NCBI GenBank assembly: GCA_002633005.1
Contig: NMRA01000433.1
Location: 186,001-250,000 of the forward strand
Direction: 5' to 3'
Length of the DNA stretch: 64,000 nt
From: Phoronis australis
Lineage: Eukaryota > Animalia > Phoronida
The position numbers and the translations under genes are program-made. Of the stretch, positions 11,801-26,800 are shown one piece after another; position 1 is the first letter of the stretch; every line of letters starts with the position of its first letter. Below the pieces are notes generated by a model. It was not told the origin of the DNA. It was given only the letters and a program-made list of their open reading frames with translations, and did no database searches.

Positions 11801-14800
11801 AAGACTTTGGTCTTACCCTCCCATTTACTAAAAGTTGTTTTTCTATGTATGAGCGGATTTTGCTCTGGCAGCTTTTTTGACAATTTTTGTCTTAGATTTT
11901 GTGGATACAAAATGTAGTGTCCAATATTTGAGAAATATGAGGAACGCTGCTTCAGAATCAAGAAAATTCAGTATTGCCCTGAATTTGTGTATCCCAAATT
12001 TAGACACTGCAAAACTGGAGAAGTTTTACTGTAACTAAGTGGACAACTGAAACAACCGAGATCTGAGGAATGTTGCACTCATCTCAGTCAACACCTAGCA
12101 GGTGTAAGAATTCACAAAAATTAGCCTTTTTTACAACATTTCCCATATGTCTAGCAAAATACCTTATTTTTGCCGAACTGCGTAGAAATTTGTTAACAAT
12201 TTATCTGAGGTCAAAGATTAAAGAGCTCTTACTCAAATTTAATCTACTGCCTGGCATAGAGCAGTGCCGCATGCACCCTCAGTCTTTTCATTCACCGAGT
12301 CGGTATAATATTAAATCAACCGGGTGCACAGGTTATAGAAAAAAGCCTGGTAAAACGAAGACAAAACGTAGTTTTGATCCTGAGGGAGTTGTGCGTCTGC
12401 ATGCATAAGACCGTTAAGATGAGTGCTCCGAGTTGCCTTATGCCTCTGTGACTTTGTGTTCACGAACACAGCAAGTTGTGAAAAGTATTACAAACATATG
12501 AGGCATTATGCACCGTTTATTGTTACAAGTTGGAAAATATTTGAGGAAATTTTGAATAAAACATCCAGTATTTGGCCTTGTAACACTCAGGAGAGCAGGG
12601 TGGTCTTTGTAGCTCTTTAAAAAATATTCAGGAAATTCTGATTCTGAAAACTACAGCGAAGCTTCTATGATTTACACGTTCAAACCTATCTAACAACAAC
12701 AACATGTCAACAATAGAATGAAATTTCAACAGCACACAGTGCAATTATCTCATTAAATCATCAATACTTCCAATTAACAGCTGATAAAATAATATGACAG
12801 GTGTCGATCACTGAAACTAATTTCTAAATGACACGAACAATAGTCTTCACTATGACCACTAACTACCATACTAAGGCACCCAGTTCACGTGCATGACATG
12901 CCCATCTTGTTGCCTAACGAGCTTCGGAAACAATCCATAAAAAGCTGAGGACTAAGGAATCTCGCTTGATTATTGATTTAGGCTAAATTGTCTCCAGCGT
13001 AAAGATTTCTGATCATCCGTGACCAATCTAGAGACAAACACCTTAAATGCAGTCAAGAGAAGATATTTATCAATCCGCGTCAATGAGCCGTCATTTCCAT
13101 GCACAACAATTGCCACTAATCAAAGAGAGAGCCACTAAGTCATTTCAGTATCACGCACTATTTCAAAAATTCTCCAATTTGAGACATGAAATATTATTTA
13201 CTTTGCACAAGGTCTACGCCAAGAGATAATATTGGCCCACGCAAATTTAAGAATCACCGGAAAGATGGCACAATTACCCACACTGCAGATTGAAAGCACA
13301 TTGTCCGAAATTTGAGAACTATGGTGAATGCCAAAATCGCTCTTGACAGTCCCAAGTCAGAGTGTTTCTGCTGTAGATTCACAGCAGTGGGCCATCAAAT
13401 TCACTGGTGCTTTAGTAAGACAGGGAAGCTGTCCGCAAAGGGATAATTTTCAAAAGTAGTTAGTTTGTTTCCTCACCACTCGGATCTCTTTTACATAAAA
13501 ATTGATGTCAAACATGTCCACTATAAGTGACAATAGACAAAGGCTTCCTACTGCTGCCCATACGTGCCACTCAGTTAGCGAAGACAGAATGTTCACCTTT
13601 ATGCCAACTGAAACTGCCAGCAAAGCAGTAGCAAAAATCACATTGCAAACGGTCACATTACAAGCGTCTTTTCCTGCTAGCGAAAGTGCCGCTGAAAATG
13701 CCAATGTCATAGCCTCTTAGTGAAAAATTCTTATGTATGACAGTTCAAAACGTAACAACTAGAGTTGTGGAGAGCCACTGACGTAAAAACTATAAATTAT
13801 AAAAACAATCAGAGTTAACAATGTTCTAAATAATTCATGATTATTGAAGTGCTGTCATTAAAGGAATCCTGGATCTGTGTGCAGTTTTAAAACCATCAGC
13901 AATTTGGCAAGGACTCATTATCATGACTACAGAACAGATGTTACGGCTGCAATTGGAGTTAACCAATTTTGGTAAGCCATCTTTGCAACATCAGTGTATA
14001 GAGAAATGCAATGTTTGTGTATGTTATGTTTGTTAAAAGCTCAGTGGCTTACTTTCACAGAAACTTATTTCTCAAATGATGTGTGAGACACTTAAAGATG
14101 TAGGACCTTATTAACATGTTTGTGTATAAAGCCAAATGTCAACAAAATTGTAGATTTTAAGATGAATATGTCAGTCTCAATATGACCTGGAAAATATGTA
14201 GCAAGCATTTAAGTCGTGTCTGCCCGCCATCTGTTGACCACATCACGTGACCTGCATGGTTAGCAGAATGCCCCTGGTAGGGGCAGAAATATTTTCGGAC
14301 TTACATTCATTAGGTCACATGATGTGGCCAACAGATGGCGAACAGACATGACTTAAATATTCGCATTATAGATTTTAAGTCGGTAAAAGGAAACATTTCC
14401 TGATGGAAAGGCAGTAGAATTTGTTTTTTTGACTTTTTAACATTCAGTTATTAATTGGGTCATGAGAGAATGTCTTATCATTCATTTTTGTTTTATACAA
14501 CTTGACAATGTATTCCAATATGGTGTCATACAGCAGAGTTTCATATCAATCCGACCAGTCATTTCTGAGATTGTTCCAAAATTGGCCCTATTTCTAGAGC
14601 GCACACTTTTTCAGTGGTTACGTTTAGTCTTCTGCATGACACACCTGCAAATATTGTTTTTAAAAAAGAGGTTAAAACATTGACATTTTATCGACATACG
14701 CTTCTAGACATACATAACGCAATTCACTGCTTGATCAATTTAGACTCATTTGACAACAAGTTGCAAATTCGTTTTAAAATCAGTGATTTCTCACACCACC

Positions 14801-17800
14801 ACCAGGCGATTAAGCAGAGCAATTTCAAATGCATTGTTTTCTCTCCTTGCATCCAAGCATGATGCTGAGACAGGTTTGAAAATCTTGATCTACATTTGAA
14901 AAGCCGGAGTGCTTATTCCTTTTCTAGACAGCTGCTTGCGTAGTGACACTAGAAATTCTACGCACTCAGACAGTGAAACCTAATTTTTGCCGCCACCAAA
15001 TTTTAGAAATAGGCAATGTCGGTCGTAAAAGATCAAGGATTAAAATCGAAGTTGATTCATCTATGTTTTTGTTCCACACCATGTGGATGCGTGAAAACAG
15101 TGTGTAATAAATTATTTTTAACAAGTTTATAAACTGGCTAATCCATTTCAGACTCTGCTAATACAAAAGCATTGTTTGATATTTGAAAAACATGATAAAC
15201 GTCAAGCTTCAGAATCAAGAACATTCAGTTCCAGCAGTGTCCCAAATTTTACACAAAATTTTCACCGTTCACGTTCTCTTAGTTTGGACCAAAAGTGACA
15301 GTAAAGTAAAATCCCTCTTTTTCTAACAAAAATAATTGTTAAAATTGCCACATTTCTATTTATCAGAGACTTCAGCCCTGTTGCACATGCTCAAGATCTT
15401 ACCGATTGTTACTTGGTAATAGCTACGCCAAACAAACGCGTTTAAAGCAAAGAAAATTGTCCTGTAAAGCTATTTTTGATGAGATTTGACAAGATGAAAT
15501 TTCACCTGTCCGCCTGAGTGTTTCACAGGCTGAAGCATTTTTAATTTAATTAATCAAATCTTTTAAACACGCATTCAACTTATTGTGCGAGTCAAATCTT
15601 TTGTCACTCATACAGCTACGGTAAATGAGTATAGCTACTATCCAACTGAGACATGCATGGCTATCCAAAAGTCAGGAAAGACTCAACAGAGCCATAACAA
15701 AAACTCTAAGAAACATGAATAATGTTATATGCAAATTCCTGAAGGTAAAAGGTTTTTTGTGTGATCGGTAATTCATAGGAATTCTACTTTCATATGGACA
15801 AATGCAAATGAGCTGGAAAAAGATTTGAGAACAGGAAGTAATCATTCAACAAGAGCGTGAATATAATGCAATATTCATCATTACAACTTTTCTCATTTAC
15901 ATTTTGTCACTTCAGTAAATTACTCTGTAGTGGAGTGTACTGGGTTGCACAAGGATACAACGTTCTATCACTTTACCCATCATAAGAACTACCCATCCCC
16001 TTCAAAGGGTTTGGAATGACTAATGACAAAAAAGAGGAAGATTTTCCAAGTGATGTATTGTTCCACAAATAAATAATCTTGTGTGATATTTTTTGTGATG
16101 TAAAATTTAGGTGAAATAAATCTTCTTGCATGAATCAAGTCAAAATAATGATAAAAAAGAGATGAAAAAAGAGATAAAATAGAAACCAAATTAGAAGAAA
16201 TCAAAACCAATGGAAACCAAAAAGAGGAAATCGTGTTAAAAGAGAAAAAACGAAGCCCTGGGACAGCAAAGTTATCGCTAGTTCCATCGGTATGGATAAA
16301 ACACCAGATGGCGTAGTTGAATCTCATGCCTTTGTATAGATGTATCACAACCTCTAGTGATTTACTCTGTTGGACTAGGCTCAACTTTTCCAATTTCAGC
16401 GCAGTTGCGCAACTTTGAAGATTAATCTACCTGTTTCGAAAAGTCGAAGTTCCAAAGGCTGCTTAAGTTCAGAAGTTATGCCTTCTTACTGACCAAAACA
16501 CTTCATAACAGGAAGTCGAGACATTGGCTGGAAAGCAACATTTATCTAGAACTAATAGGATACAGTATAGCACGCTTAAAGAATTCATTTTATTCGTATC
16601 TCTTTCCATGTAACATGCAAATGGGTCATTTAAATGAATGCACAATGTGACAATACAGCACCGATTATGGCTGTGTATATATACACTGACATGACACACT
16701 GAAACGAACTGTGTTCCTGAGATCTTGTTAAACATAATTTAGGGCTGGAACAAGAGGAAGACACTTTCTTTCTTTCACAACACTAAAGAGAAGCATGTCC
16801 CATGTAGTTATTCAAATATCACACAGACAAATATCATAGCGCCATAAAACAGAAGTAGCTTAAACCCTACTACAGGCGATCACAAAAATGAATTGCAGAA
16901 GAACCGATATGCGTTGAAAATGCTTGAAGTGGAACTTGCACGCAAATTCTTTATCTCAGTGATTGCTTTGTCAAATTAGTTAGAATCACAACATATAGCG
17001 ACGATGTGGATATGAAGTACGTTGAAAATTGCCAGGTGTTTCCATATTAGAACGAGTTTTGTTCTAAATATGATTCGGCATAAATAACTCAACTGTGTCC
17101 AGTAAGTATCGTGACGGAGTGTTGGGGTATAGCACTGTATGATGCGGGCTATGCGAGCCCCCAAGGTATCTCATTAGTGCAAAGGTCACCTATTTGCAGA
17201 ATTTTTTCACATTTACAAGTTGTCAATGAATACAACTGTGGGACGGGAGGGGGGGAGGGGGTAGTAGACTAATGATCATTTGCAAGGGCTCCGCAGTTTC
17301 AGAACCAATTTTCTACACTAAAAACAGACATCAAAGAGTTTCTCAAAACATGGAACCCCTATTGGTGAATATTGCTGAACGAGGTTTGAAAAACCCAAAA
17401 GTGTCACACAAACCCCCAGAGGGTCATCGCGTTGAGTAAATAGGTATGCACCAAGGTGGTAATTCTCGGTTGGTCGATTCTACAAGCCAGGCTTCATGGT
17501 TACGGCACGTTTACACAATGGGCAGGAAATGTTTACCCTCTCAGCAAACAGTCATAAGTTGTGCATTTGAATTAATAAAGAGAGATAATCTTGATAAATA
17601 CTACTGGTGAAAATCAATGCAGTGTCACCTCCGAGACAATAAACTTTCCACGGATCATGTGATTGCACAGAGCAAACCTGACAATCTAACTGAAATCGTA
17701 GTCGACAAAGTCAACAACTGATATTCCATAACGTGAGTAATGAACCAAGATATCGCATGCAAATCTTTGTAACATTGCCTCGATCTCTACCTGATGCAGG

Positions 17801-20800
17801 TAAATCAATAACATTAGCAATTAGCATGGCATTCACTAATTTGAAATCAAGGAGAATTAAATAGAAGGCACTCTCCGCCTAATACAATAAAATCCCATCA
17901 ATTTAGGACACAATGCAGCGGACAGGTGAAATTCTATTTTCTTATTTCCTCGCAAATAATAACAACACCTGACCATGATGACGCTTTGTCACATCCAAGT
18001 TCCGTACCACAGTTACAAACAGGAAATATATTGCAAAAATTGTGGACATTCACAACGTTGTCAGAAGGTTGCAACCAGTATAGTGGTGATGATGAAAATT
18101 CATTTTGTCAAATTTACTAACGAGATAAAATATTAACAAAAGTTATTATATGATTAGCTTAATTTGTAGTGAATAGATGTCATAAACAACATTTAGCAAA
18201 GTTTTGATAATTAGCAACTATCTCATCAGACTACGGAAATCTAAGATTACAATGCTCGCAATGGTTTTGAACAAAAAGACTGAAAAATTGTTTAGTATTA
18301 AAACACTCAGTCTCCATGGCAACTGCACAAACTGGAACAGAAGTGCGAAGTCAATTACCTTAAAAATTCTCCAGCCTGGGTAGCCACTAAAATTTGGGAC
18401 ACTGAAATTTAAGCCAAAATAGAATTCTCTTGATTACTTGATTTTGAATATTGTGACATCAGACAAGGAGCATTGTATTAATGAAGTCTGAGTGAGATAA
18501 CATCAATGCTAACACAACAGAAATGGGAATGGGTAATTTTTCTATCTTTTTCGTAATCCTTGAAGTTGAGATGGCCAATAAAGCTGATTTCTAAAATTTG
18601 GTACAAACTCTCTGATCGTGGGCAAAATATCAATTCTTCCTTTTCCAAGATTTCCACTTTGTTTTCATGGTCAAAATAAAACGGAATAATACAAAAGGAA
18701 AATATGTGTATGGCAATTCTCCATTTATTTTACATAAAAATAATCGCCAAAATGACCATTGTCCATTTTCAGTGGCCGATTGTCTTCTTGAAAATAATGT
18801 TAATTTCAGCAAATGCTGTTTTAAGACATCAACACACTGCTTGTAATAGACCAAAATGTTTTAAATATTTTGTGCAGAAATATAACAAATCAAAACTTCA
18901 ATTATGGCTCATATTGTAAATAAGTTGAAGAATTACGAAATATTTGTTGAAATTAAGTTAGTAAAAGCTACTCAGCTTCTAAAAGACCCTTTACACCAAG
19001 GTCAATGTTTTGGGGAGTATTGGTCAGTGTGAAATAGTAAACTTCTTTGCTGGACCAAAGTTGAGAATCACAGCTTAACTCCTCAGTCCATTTAACAATA
19101 GAGCATTTAAGCTTGCAATGTTTACTTGTGTACCATGGGAGGTACTGGCAGATGTCTATGTGAATAATTCACACACTTTCTTGTCACTTCATAATATGAA
19201 ATTTGAATATTAATTATTCTACCACTATGCGCACTTGATTTCATTTATCCTCAGAACATAAAACCCAATTCTTCACATTTAAAAAATACGCAAGCTACGA
19301 ACTAAAAGTCCCCTGTAAAAATAGAATTTTTACTGTACAGGGGCCACTCTCACTAGCATAAAAGTTTAGGTTCAAATTTAAGGGTCCATTCCTGGAGGCC
19401 ATATACAGATGTGCTGTTGAGATGGGTACAGACTTCTTCAAAGTCACATTCCCAACAAAAGACTGCCAACCTCGATTAGGGTTAAGTATGGCCCAATCAG
19501 CAAGTCTGGGTATTTTGCTAACTACTTACAAAACTATACATTTTAACTCATTTAAGCTACACATTTCTGAAACTAGAAAGCTTATAGGAATTGATTGTTT
19601 ATCAATTTGTCACTAACTAAACGTAGAAAATAAATCTGAAACTAAAAGAGGTGATCCAGATCGTCTACAGGATACTATTGTTTGATGAAACGTAGAATAT
19701 ATTATATATAGGGTAAATACAACAACAATAATGGATCACTTGAGATATAATCACACCCTTTGTCAACAGAAAAAGAAACAAAGACATTAATTGAGTAATG
19801 TGACATTTAGTCAAATAAAGGTTCATTTATAATGGCAAAACGATGGTTTTAAGAACAGGGGCAAATTTTATTTGATATAAATTTTCAAGATCACACCTCA
19901 AAAATATTGTTAGTTTTCTAAAATATTGTTTCGTTTATGCAAATCGTTAAAATCACAATTTTTTTGATGAATGCCCCTGATGCAAAATTGGAACATTTTA
20001 AAAATGAAAGCGCTCGGACGAGTGACATTTGGCGAAATTAACTAAACCAGATGACGATAGAGATGATGACGAAGATGATAAATATGATAATAATGGTGGC
20101 AATGATGAACAATATAACATTCATATGACGAACATAGATGTCAGAAATCAATAAGAAATAGGCTACAATCTTGTTCCAATAGCAGGTAAACTAACGACAG
20201 TGCAGCAAAATCAGTCAACAAAGGAACAGCGTCATCAGAAAATCTCAAATAATTCAATAAGTAGACGTCCTAGGGAAAAATGGAAAATATCTTCTGAAAG
20301 CCCGTTCAAAACTCTTAAGAGATAGTTTCGCAAAATTCTGTAAAATTTTTGAAGAAATTTTGCATTTTTTTGAAATTCAAAGTCAAATAACTCGAAAACC
20401 GTAAGTCTGAGAAAAAATTGTTACAGGCCATTTTAAAGGGTATACCTCAGAGAATCCACATGCAAAATTCACGTCATTTTCTCTTTCCGTGTAAAATGGC
20501 ACCCCAGCACGACTGAAAATGGGTCAAAATGTGCCAAATCCACCATCTTGAAAGCAACTTCAGGTTGAGCAGCGATTAATAATGACTAGTCACAGAAAAA
20601 TAAAACATTAAAAATTTTGAAGCGATTGGTCCTATGATGCGCCCCTTACAGGATAAAAAACCATTTTAGCCTGAAATTGAGGTGCGCATGCACAATTGGT
20701 GATATTTCCACCATCTTTGACCAGAAGTAAATGATGTCCAGCACATCTGTAGCACACGTGTGTTATAATAAACGTGCCCATTTTCAGCCATGTAAATACG

Positions 20801-23800
20801 GCCTCTATGAACATTTGAATCAGAAATTGAAAAAAAATGGCCACCACCTTCCGCCATCTTGGATCTGATCATGATGAAAAACAATGGAGTTCCAGGACTC
20901 CCGAAATTAGAGGCTGCGTGTAAATTTCGTGGAAATTGACGAAAAATGCGACCTGTAAAGTGCGAACAAACAAAAAAAAACTTGACGGCAAAGCAACATA
21001 CTTGGCAACAGCGACGTCTTGGGCAATACCCGAAAGTTTCACATGAATCCGATCTGAGAAACAATGTTCTGAGATTAGCCAATTATATATGCACTTCTTT
21101 GGGATATAACATAACCTTGATTTTCGACTTATTAGCCATAGTGATGGCTGGTAATGATGCATTAATATTCACAGTTCATTATGTATTAATGTCACAATTA
21201 TTATCTAAGTAAATGAACAGATCAACATCCATCACAATTACACGGGCTACAATTACACTGTTTTGAGATAATCAGGGTACATAATGGACATTTGAAGTGA
21301 TGATATAGCAATCAAACAGTGACTAACAAAGATTCACCTACTGTCCAACAGGTGAACAACCTTACAATCAGCACTGACTTTTCACTGTCCCACAATGGAG
21401 AAATTTCTATTGTGCTCTTTAAAATACATGGTTAGATATTACACTCAATCAAGTCGCTCAAGTGTAATAAATGATATTTTTGATAATAGTATTCCTGTTA
21501 GTAATAGATGCCTTAATTATGATCAGGTTAAGTATACCGTATGGTCTAATGAGACTAAAATTGAAGAGAAAGAGGTTTTATGCTCTTCAATTTATCGTGC
21601 GATCTGAAAGTGAAGGCAAATTATATTTTGCCAAATTTCACAAAAGTGAAACCAGGACATTTTTACTTCGCCACTACCACCATAGTTTATGCAGTATAGG
21701 CATCATATGTCCCACATTCACTTTACCCAAGAACAACTTGCACTAGTGCAACTTACCCCACTTAAGTGTAGCATCCGGCGTACACATATCCAATAACTAA
21801 GGTAAGACGGAAGTTATCCCACTGTGCTAACAAAACACCTAATGTGAGTACATCAAGCAAAAAATGACCAATTACAAAAAAGAGAAAAAAATTCTGGGTG
21901 ATGTATCGTTCCACAAATAAATAGGCTTGTGTGATAGAAATATTTTTTATGTTTTGCACTTTAACTGAAAGGTGTATTTTTGCATGAGTAAAGACAAAAT
22001 TATGACAAAAAGAGATGAAAGAAGAGGAAACTGGCAGTCAAATAGCAGGAAATCGAAACCAAAAAGAAAGAGGGAATCCTCTTCAAAGAGGAAAATTCCA
22101 AACCGTGATGTAACCACCGCTAAATATTTCAGCCCTACCCTACTTTTGCGGCCACACAGCGATTACAAGAGGTGCAAGTTACCCTAGAACAAGTTACCCC
22201 CACCTGGATAATGTGGAATAAGTTATCACAGGTGGGGTAAGTAGCACTAGGTAAATTGGCGTCCAGACAGCACTCAAACCTAGCGAGTAACGTAGGTGTA
22301 ACTTGTTCTAAGGTAAGTCTGTGTGTGGATGACACTATAGAATCTACAAAGTATCGCTAATATGGTTAAATTTGGAGCTGCTCAGGCATGCAATCACTCG
22401 TTGAAATGTAGAGAAACTGCTATTTTAGCAAATATTTTTTGGGCGAAATTGAAAAACCCTTGCCAAGGACTTCTTCATATCTGCACACATAAACATATAA
22501 CATATGTACCTTTACCAGAACTGCATGTTAAGGTTATGTAAGTCGCTAGAATAATGTCTTAACTTGACTTAATTTGGGACACCGTGTCTAAAAAATGCCA
22601 GGCTCATCAGACAGATATTAAAGTTTCACTGTTCTGCGAAAGGCTGTAATTGAAAATTGACTTGAAATGTTTCACGTTTGCAAGAGGAGCTACCAAAAAT
22701 GGGACTTGATGATTTTTCTAAAAATGACATTTGATAGTATTGATATCTTTGCCTTGCCATGAACGCCAAAGTATACGAAAAAGACATGGTCACATGACCT
22801 AATTAACATCAGAAAAATATAAAGTCAAAAACAAAATTTTACAGGCTTTATTCTTTCAGGCTACATATGTCTTGATACACCCATGTAATAAACGTGTGAC
22901 ATGAAACAGTAAATACACGGGAACAAACAAAGTGGGCGTAGAAATGTAGATTAAAATTTAATATATGGTGTAAATATGTTAATTTTAATGCGATTTAATA
23001 GGGATGTTATTAGCCTCAGTTGCTGCACCGAGAATTTTTCTCTCAGCCTTGGCCTAGTGAAAACATTCGCTTGACACAGTAGTCTCGGATAACAAGACCA
23101 ACATTTTAAAACATGCCGAACTAAATCAATGTTTACTGGTTTAAAATCTACAATTTTGTAGATATTTAATTTAAAATATACCAGCACATTGATAGAGTTC
23201 TAAAAATGAAATTTGTTGACTGTTCAAGCAGCTTGTTTGCCACATCATCTGGGTGTACTTCATTGTTTAAAGTTGACTCCAACTTATGGAGCTACCCATG
23301 GTCACGATACAGTTGTCATAGACTCACTGAAAACGCCTCATTTTTCACACTGCAAGTAGTCCTACCAACACTGATCTGGCTAAAAAGGCAGCAAATTCCA
23401 CAAGACAACAATTGAGTGCAAGAGCCAAAAGACATTGCAAGTCATAGCGGCCAAGGGCAGCAAAGCACTGCGCATATTTCAACTGTCATGGCCAAGGGCA
23501 GGAGAACACTATGCGTATTTCAACTGTCACACAAGAATTCATAATGCCAAGAAACCAGCCATGTACTAGACAAGTTGTTCTTCTCTGGAAGACAGTTTAG
23601 AAGAACAGATATGCTTCAAGGTATGAGTTCAGCAAATTTCACAGATAACCCAGAAACATCTTAGACAGAATATATAATTAAACACATACTTTACTTAGAT
23701 TAAAGAAAAATATAAATGACAACAAAATGTCAACAAAATATCTCAATTCTGCAACATTGACGGTGTCCTTACAACTGATAGATATTAACATGATTACACA

Positions 23801-26800
23801 TGGCTGCACACTCAATCAAGTTAATTTAAAAAATGACTAAACATTCTCGTTTTTCAAAAGAAGAGATGACACCATTTTACTTCCTAGAAGATGGCTAGTT
23901 CTTCAGACAAGTGTAGGGTAGGTGGACTGCACTTTCCAACACCTCGAAGTACATAACAGGCATAGTACAATTAGCATGTATTCATGATCAGCTGAGAATC
24001 CAAGATTTGACATGCTTTGTGCTATAGTGCACCTGTACAGGTCAGTACTATTACGTAACTCTCTCAATGACGTCAGAGCTATATCCTGTGGACTTCCAAG
24101 TGATCAAAAACAACAATCTGGTAATGTATTAACAATAGAAGGAAATTAAGTAAACATGCTGGCTTACTGAAAATAGACCTGCCAGTGAGAGATGACTTTT
24201 AGAAAGACATGGCTAATGCTAAGTCATGCTGTGTTGAAATGGTGACGATGCACATGTAGGTAAGTATAGAACAAAATGACAAAAGTTTCAAATATTAAGA
24301 GGTGCGACTCATGACAGAAATTAATGTAAGAACCTAAGGACAAGTCTGTATTTTAACAAATATCTATAGAACTACAGATTTTGAATCAGTAAGAGAATGA
24401 AATCAGAAGCACAGTTAAATTTGATTTTTGACATTACCAATCTGCCAGTAATTGGCTCATTTGACCATATACTTTTAGTAGCATTTAATAGAGCAACTGC
24501 ATAAATAACACAACTAAATTTCATTTGATATCAATGTATAAATAAGATGAAATCTCAAATCTCTTTGTTTTCATTTTATGCAACAAATGTAATAACTTCC
24601 CTTTGTTAGAAGGATCAAACTGATTAAATAACTTTCTATGGATTAAGAGTCACTGTGAGACATCAAGCAAAATGAGATATTAAATATGAGAACAATGAAT
24701 TTTGTTCATGCCTTGAGCAAGCTTTAGAAATGCCTTTATTTTTTGTTCTCAGTTTAAAGAACGTTGAGCTTAATAACAGCTTTTCTGTGGGCTGGATATG
24801 CTGGGCAGAGTCAAAATTCCCCATCACTAGTTCAAGTGTCACCAGCTTATTTTTCACGTTAAAATGGCAACATTCAAGTCATGTAGAAAGTTGTATTATA
24901 TTTTCAGGAAATCACGTGATCAATTAAGGTTTCGTGCATTTTCGCACTGACTAATTATTCAAATAAAATTCTTAAGCATGCAACTACTTCTATGTTTCAA
25001 AATAAAGTTCAAGTGCTTGAAAGCGATTTGGGATCATTTTCTACTGCAAAGGAACCTGTTCAGATACACCAAAGTCTCTGTCAACAAGTCTGGAACTACG
25101 TAGATGAAATCTGACATTGCGAATATCCGTAGAGTTAAAAAGGAAGTCGATTATGGTAACTTAAAAGCTTGGGAGAAAAAATCACCGTTTCGTGGTGCGA
25201 GTAAGCATTAAGTCCACGTTTATGGATATTAGATGAATATTCTAGAAAGGTGATTGATCCATAATCAGTTCTCGTTTAAACGAAGAAGCTTTCTACAAAT
25301 GTTTTTTCACACATGCACACTATCAGGGCTAGTTCAGTTCTTTTAATTGGTTTATATGACATCATACTGCGAAATAGGAATGAAAGTTCTAAGTGCTCAC
25401 CCATTACCATTCACCCTTAATGATGATGTCGGTGGTCGTAAAAACGGTGGTCGTAAAAACCCTGTAACATGATTACGAACATCCAGGCAACCTCTCCTTC
25501 ATACAAGAGTCTGTGATCATCAAGGATTTTAAAGATATTTAGAGTAATTTATGGGTCTACAATGAATATTTAAAAGGGAATTTGAGCCTTGATATTGAAG
25601 GTGGACAATTCCATTAAAGGGTTGTGTGTATTGCATTCCAATCCCTGTACAGGTTGATAACCAACAGACTCACTGGCTAACTGTGATCACAGTGAAAGAG
25701 CTTAATGTAAAAAATTCTCCAATTTGAGACAGTCTCCAAAATTTGGGACAAAGAAACTCCCGCAAAAATTAAGTTCCCTTTGTTCTGGAATTTAGGACAA
25801 GGGCGATTTTGGCATTCATAATTCTCAAATTTCAGACAAAGTATTTTCAATCAACAGAGTTGGAAATTTTGCGTCTTTCTGGTGATTCTTGAATTCGGGT
25901 CGGCAAATATTATCTTTTTCTAGAATTTGGGACAGACAACAACCTTGAGCAAAATAGTTAATTTTTCACAATCCAAACTTGGAGAATTATTACCCAACTT
26001 CAAGACTTATAAGTTGCATTTGCAAACTATACCTCACTCACCCCATCACCTACAGAAAGCAGAATACCATACATGTATTCTTTGGGTTTCCAAAGCAATA
26101 AACCTAACCTGATGGAAATAATTACAGGCCCACTACTTCAGTTCTAAAGACCCTTTCACATTGACTTAACTCAGGTCTGACCTAAACAGCACAGTTAACT
26201 GGGCCATTCATACTGGCTTCTGTACTTAATGACCATGGAAGTGAAGGGTTGATGACGCTGACATCATCGAAGTTATCGCAAGATAGCGCTGCATGCTAAG
26301 ATTTTTTCAATGTGACAATTTGGGAACATTGAAATGTGCTAAATGACATTAAACTCATTTTTAAATCGATTGGTTATCATTAGATCAAAAAAACAAGTAG
26401 TTATTAGTGACGGCACTACTCTGTAACTGTTGACAATAACAGTGGCACCTGGCTATAACTTCGATTGGACCGGAGTTAAGCGTTCATACTGCACCGCAGC
26501 GTTGGCCTTGCAGTCCTAAATATACTGTTAACTGCGATGTTAACTGGAGCTGTTAACTACGATCCAGGACCAGAGTTAAGCGTTCATATTGACCGCAACT
26601 CCCCAAACCATCGACGCGTCGACGTTAGTATGAAAGGCCCTTAACAAAGATATACATGCTCAATTAACTTGGGCATGTCTTTATGAACAGGCTTGACTTG
26701 CTACACAACCAGGGCATGCCTTGCTGTCAACTTATTCCTTTGATGTCCTGGGATATCGCTCAGTGTAAAGCACCTCACCTAGTCTTGACTGCCGTTTACA

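Noticed and set aside
23440-23630. ~41-bp duplication followed by a CAAG|GTATGA donor-like site
   Set aside because: No convincing acceptor or coding signal; cannot support an exon without RNA data.
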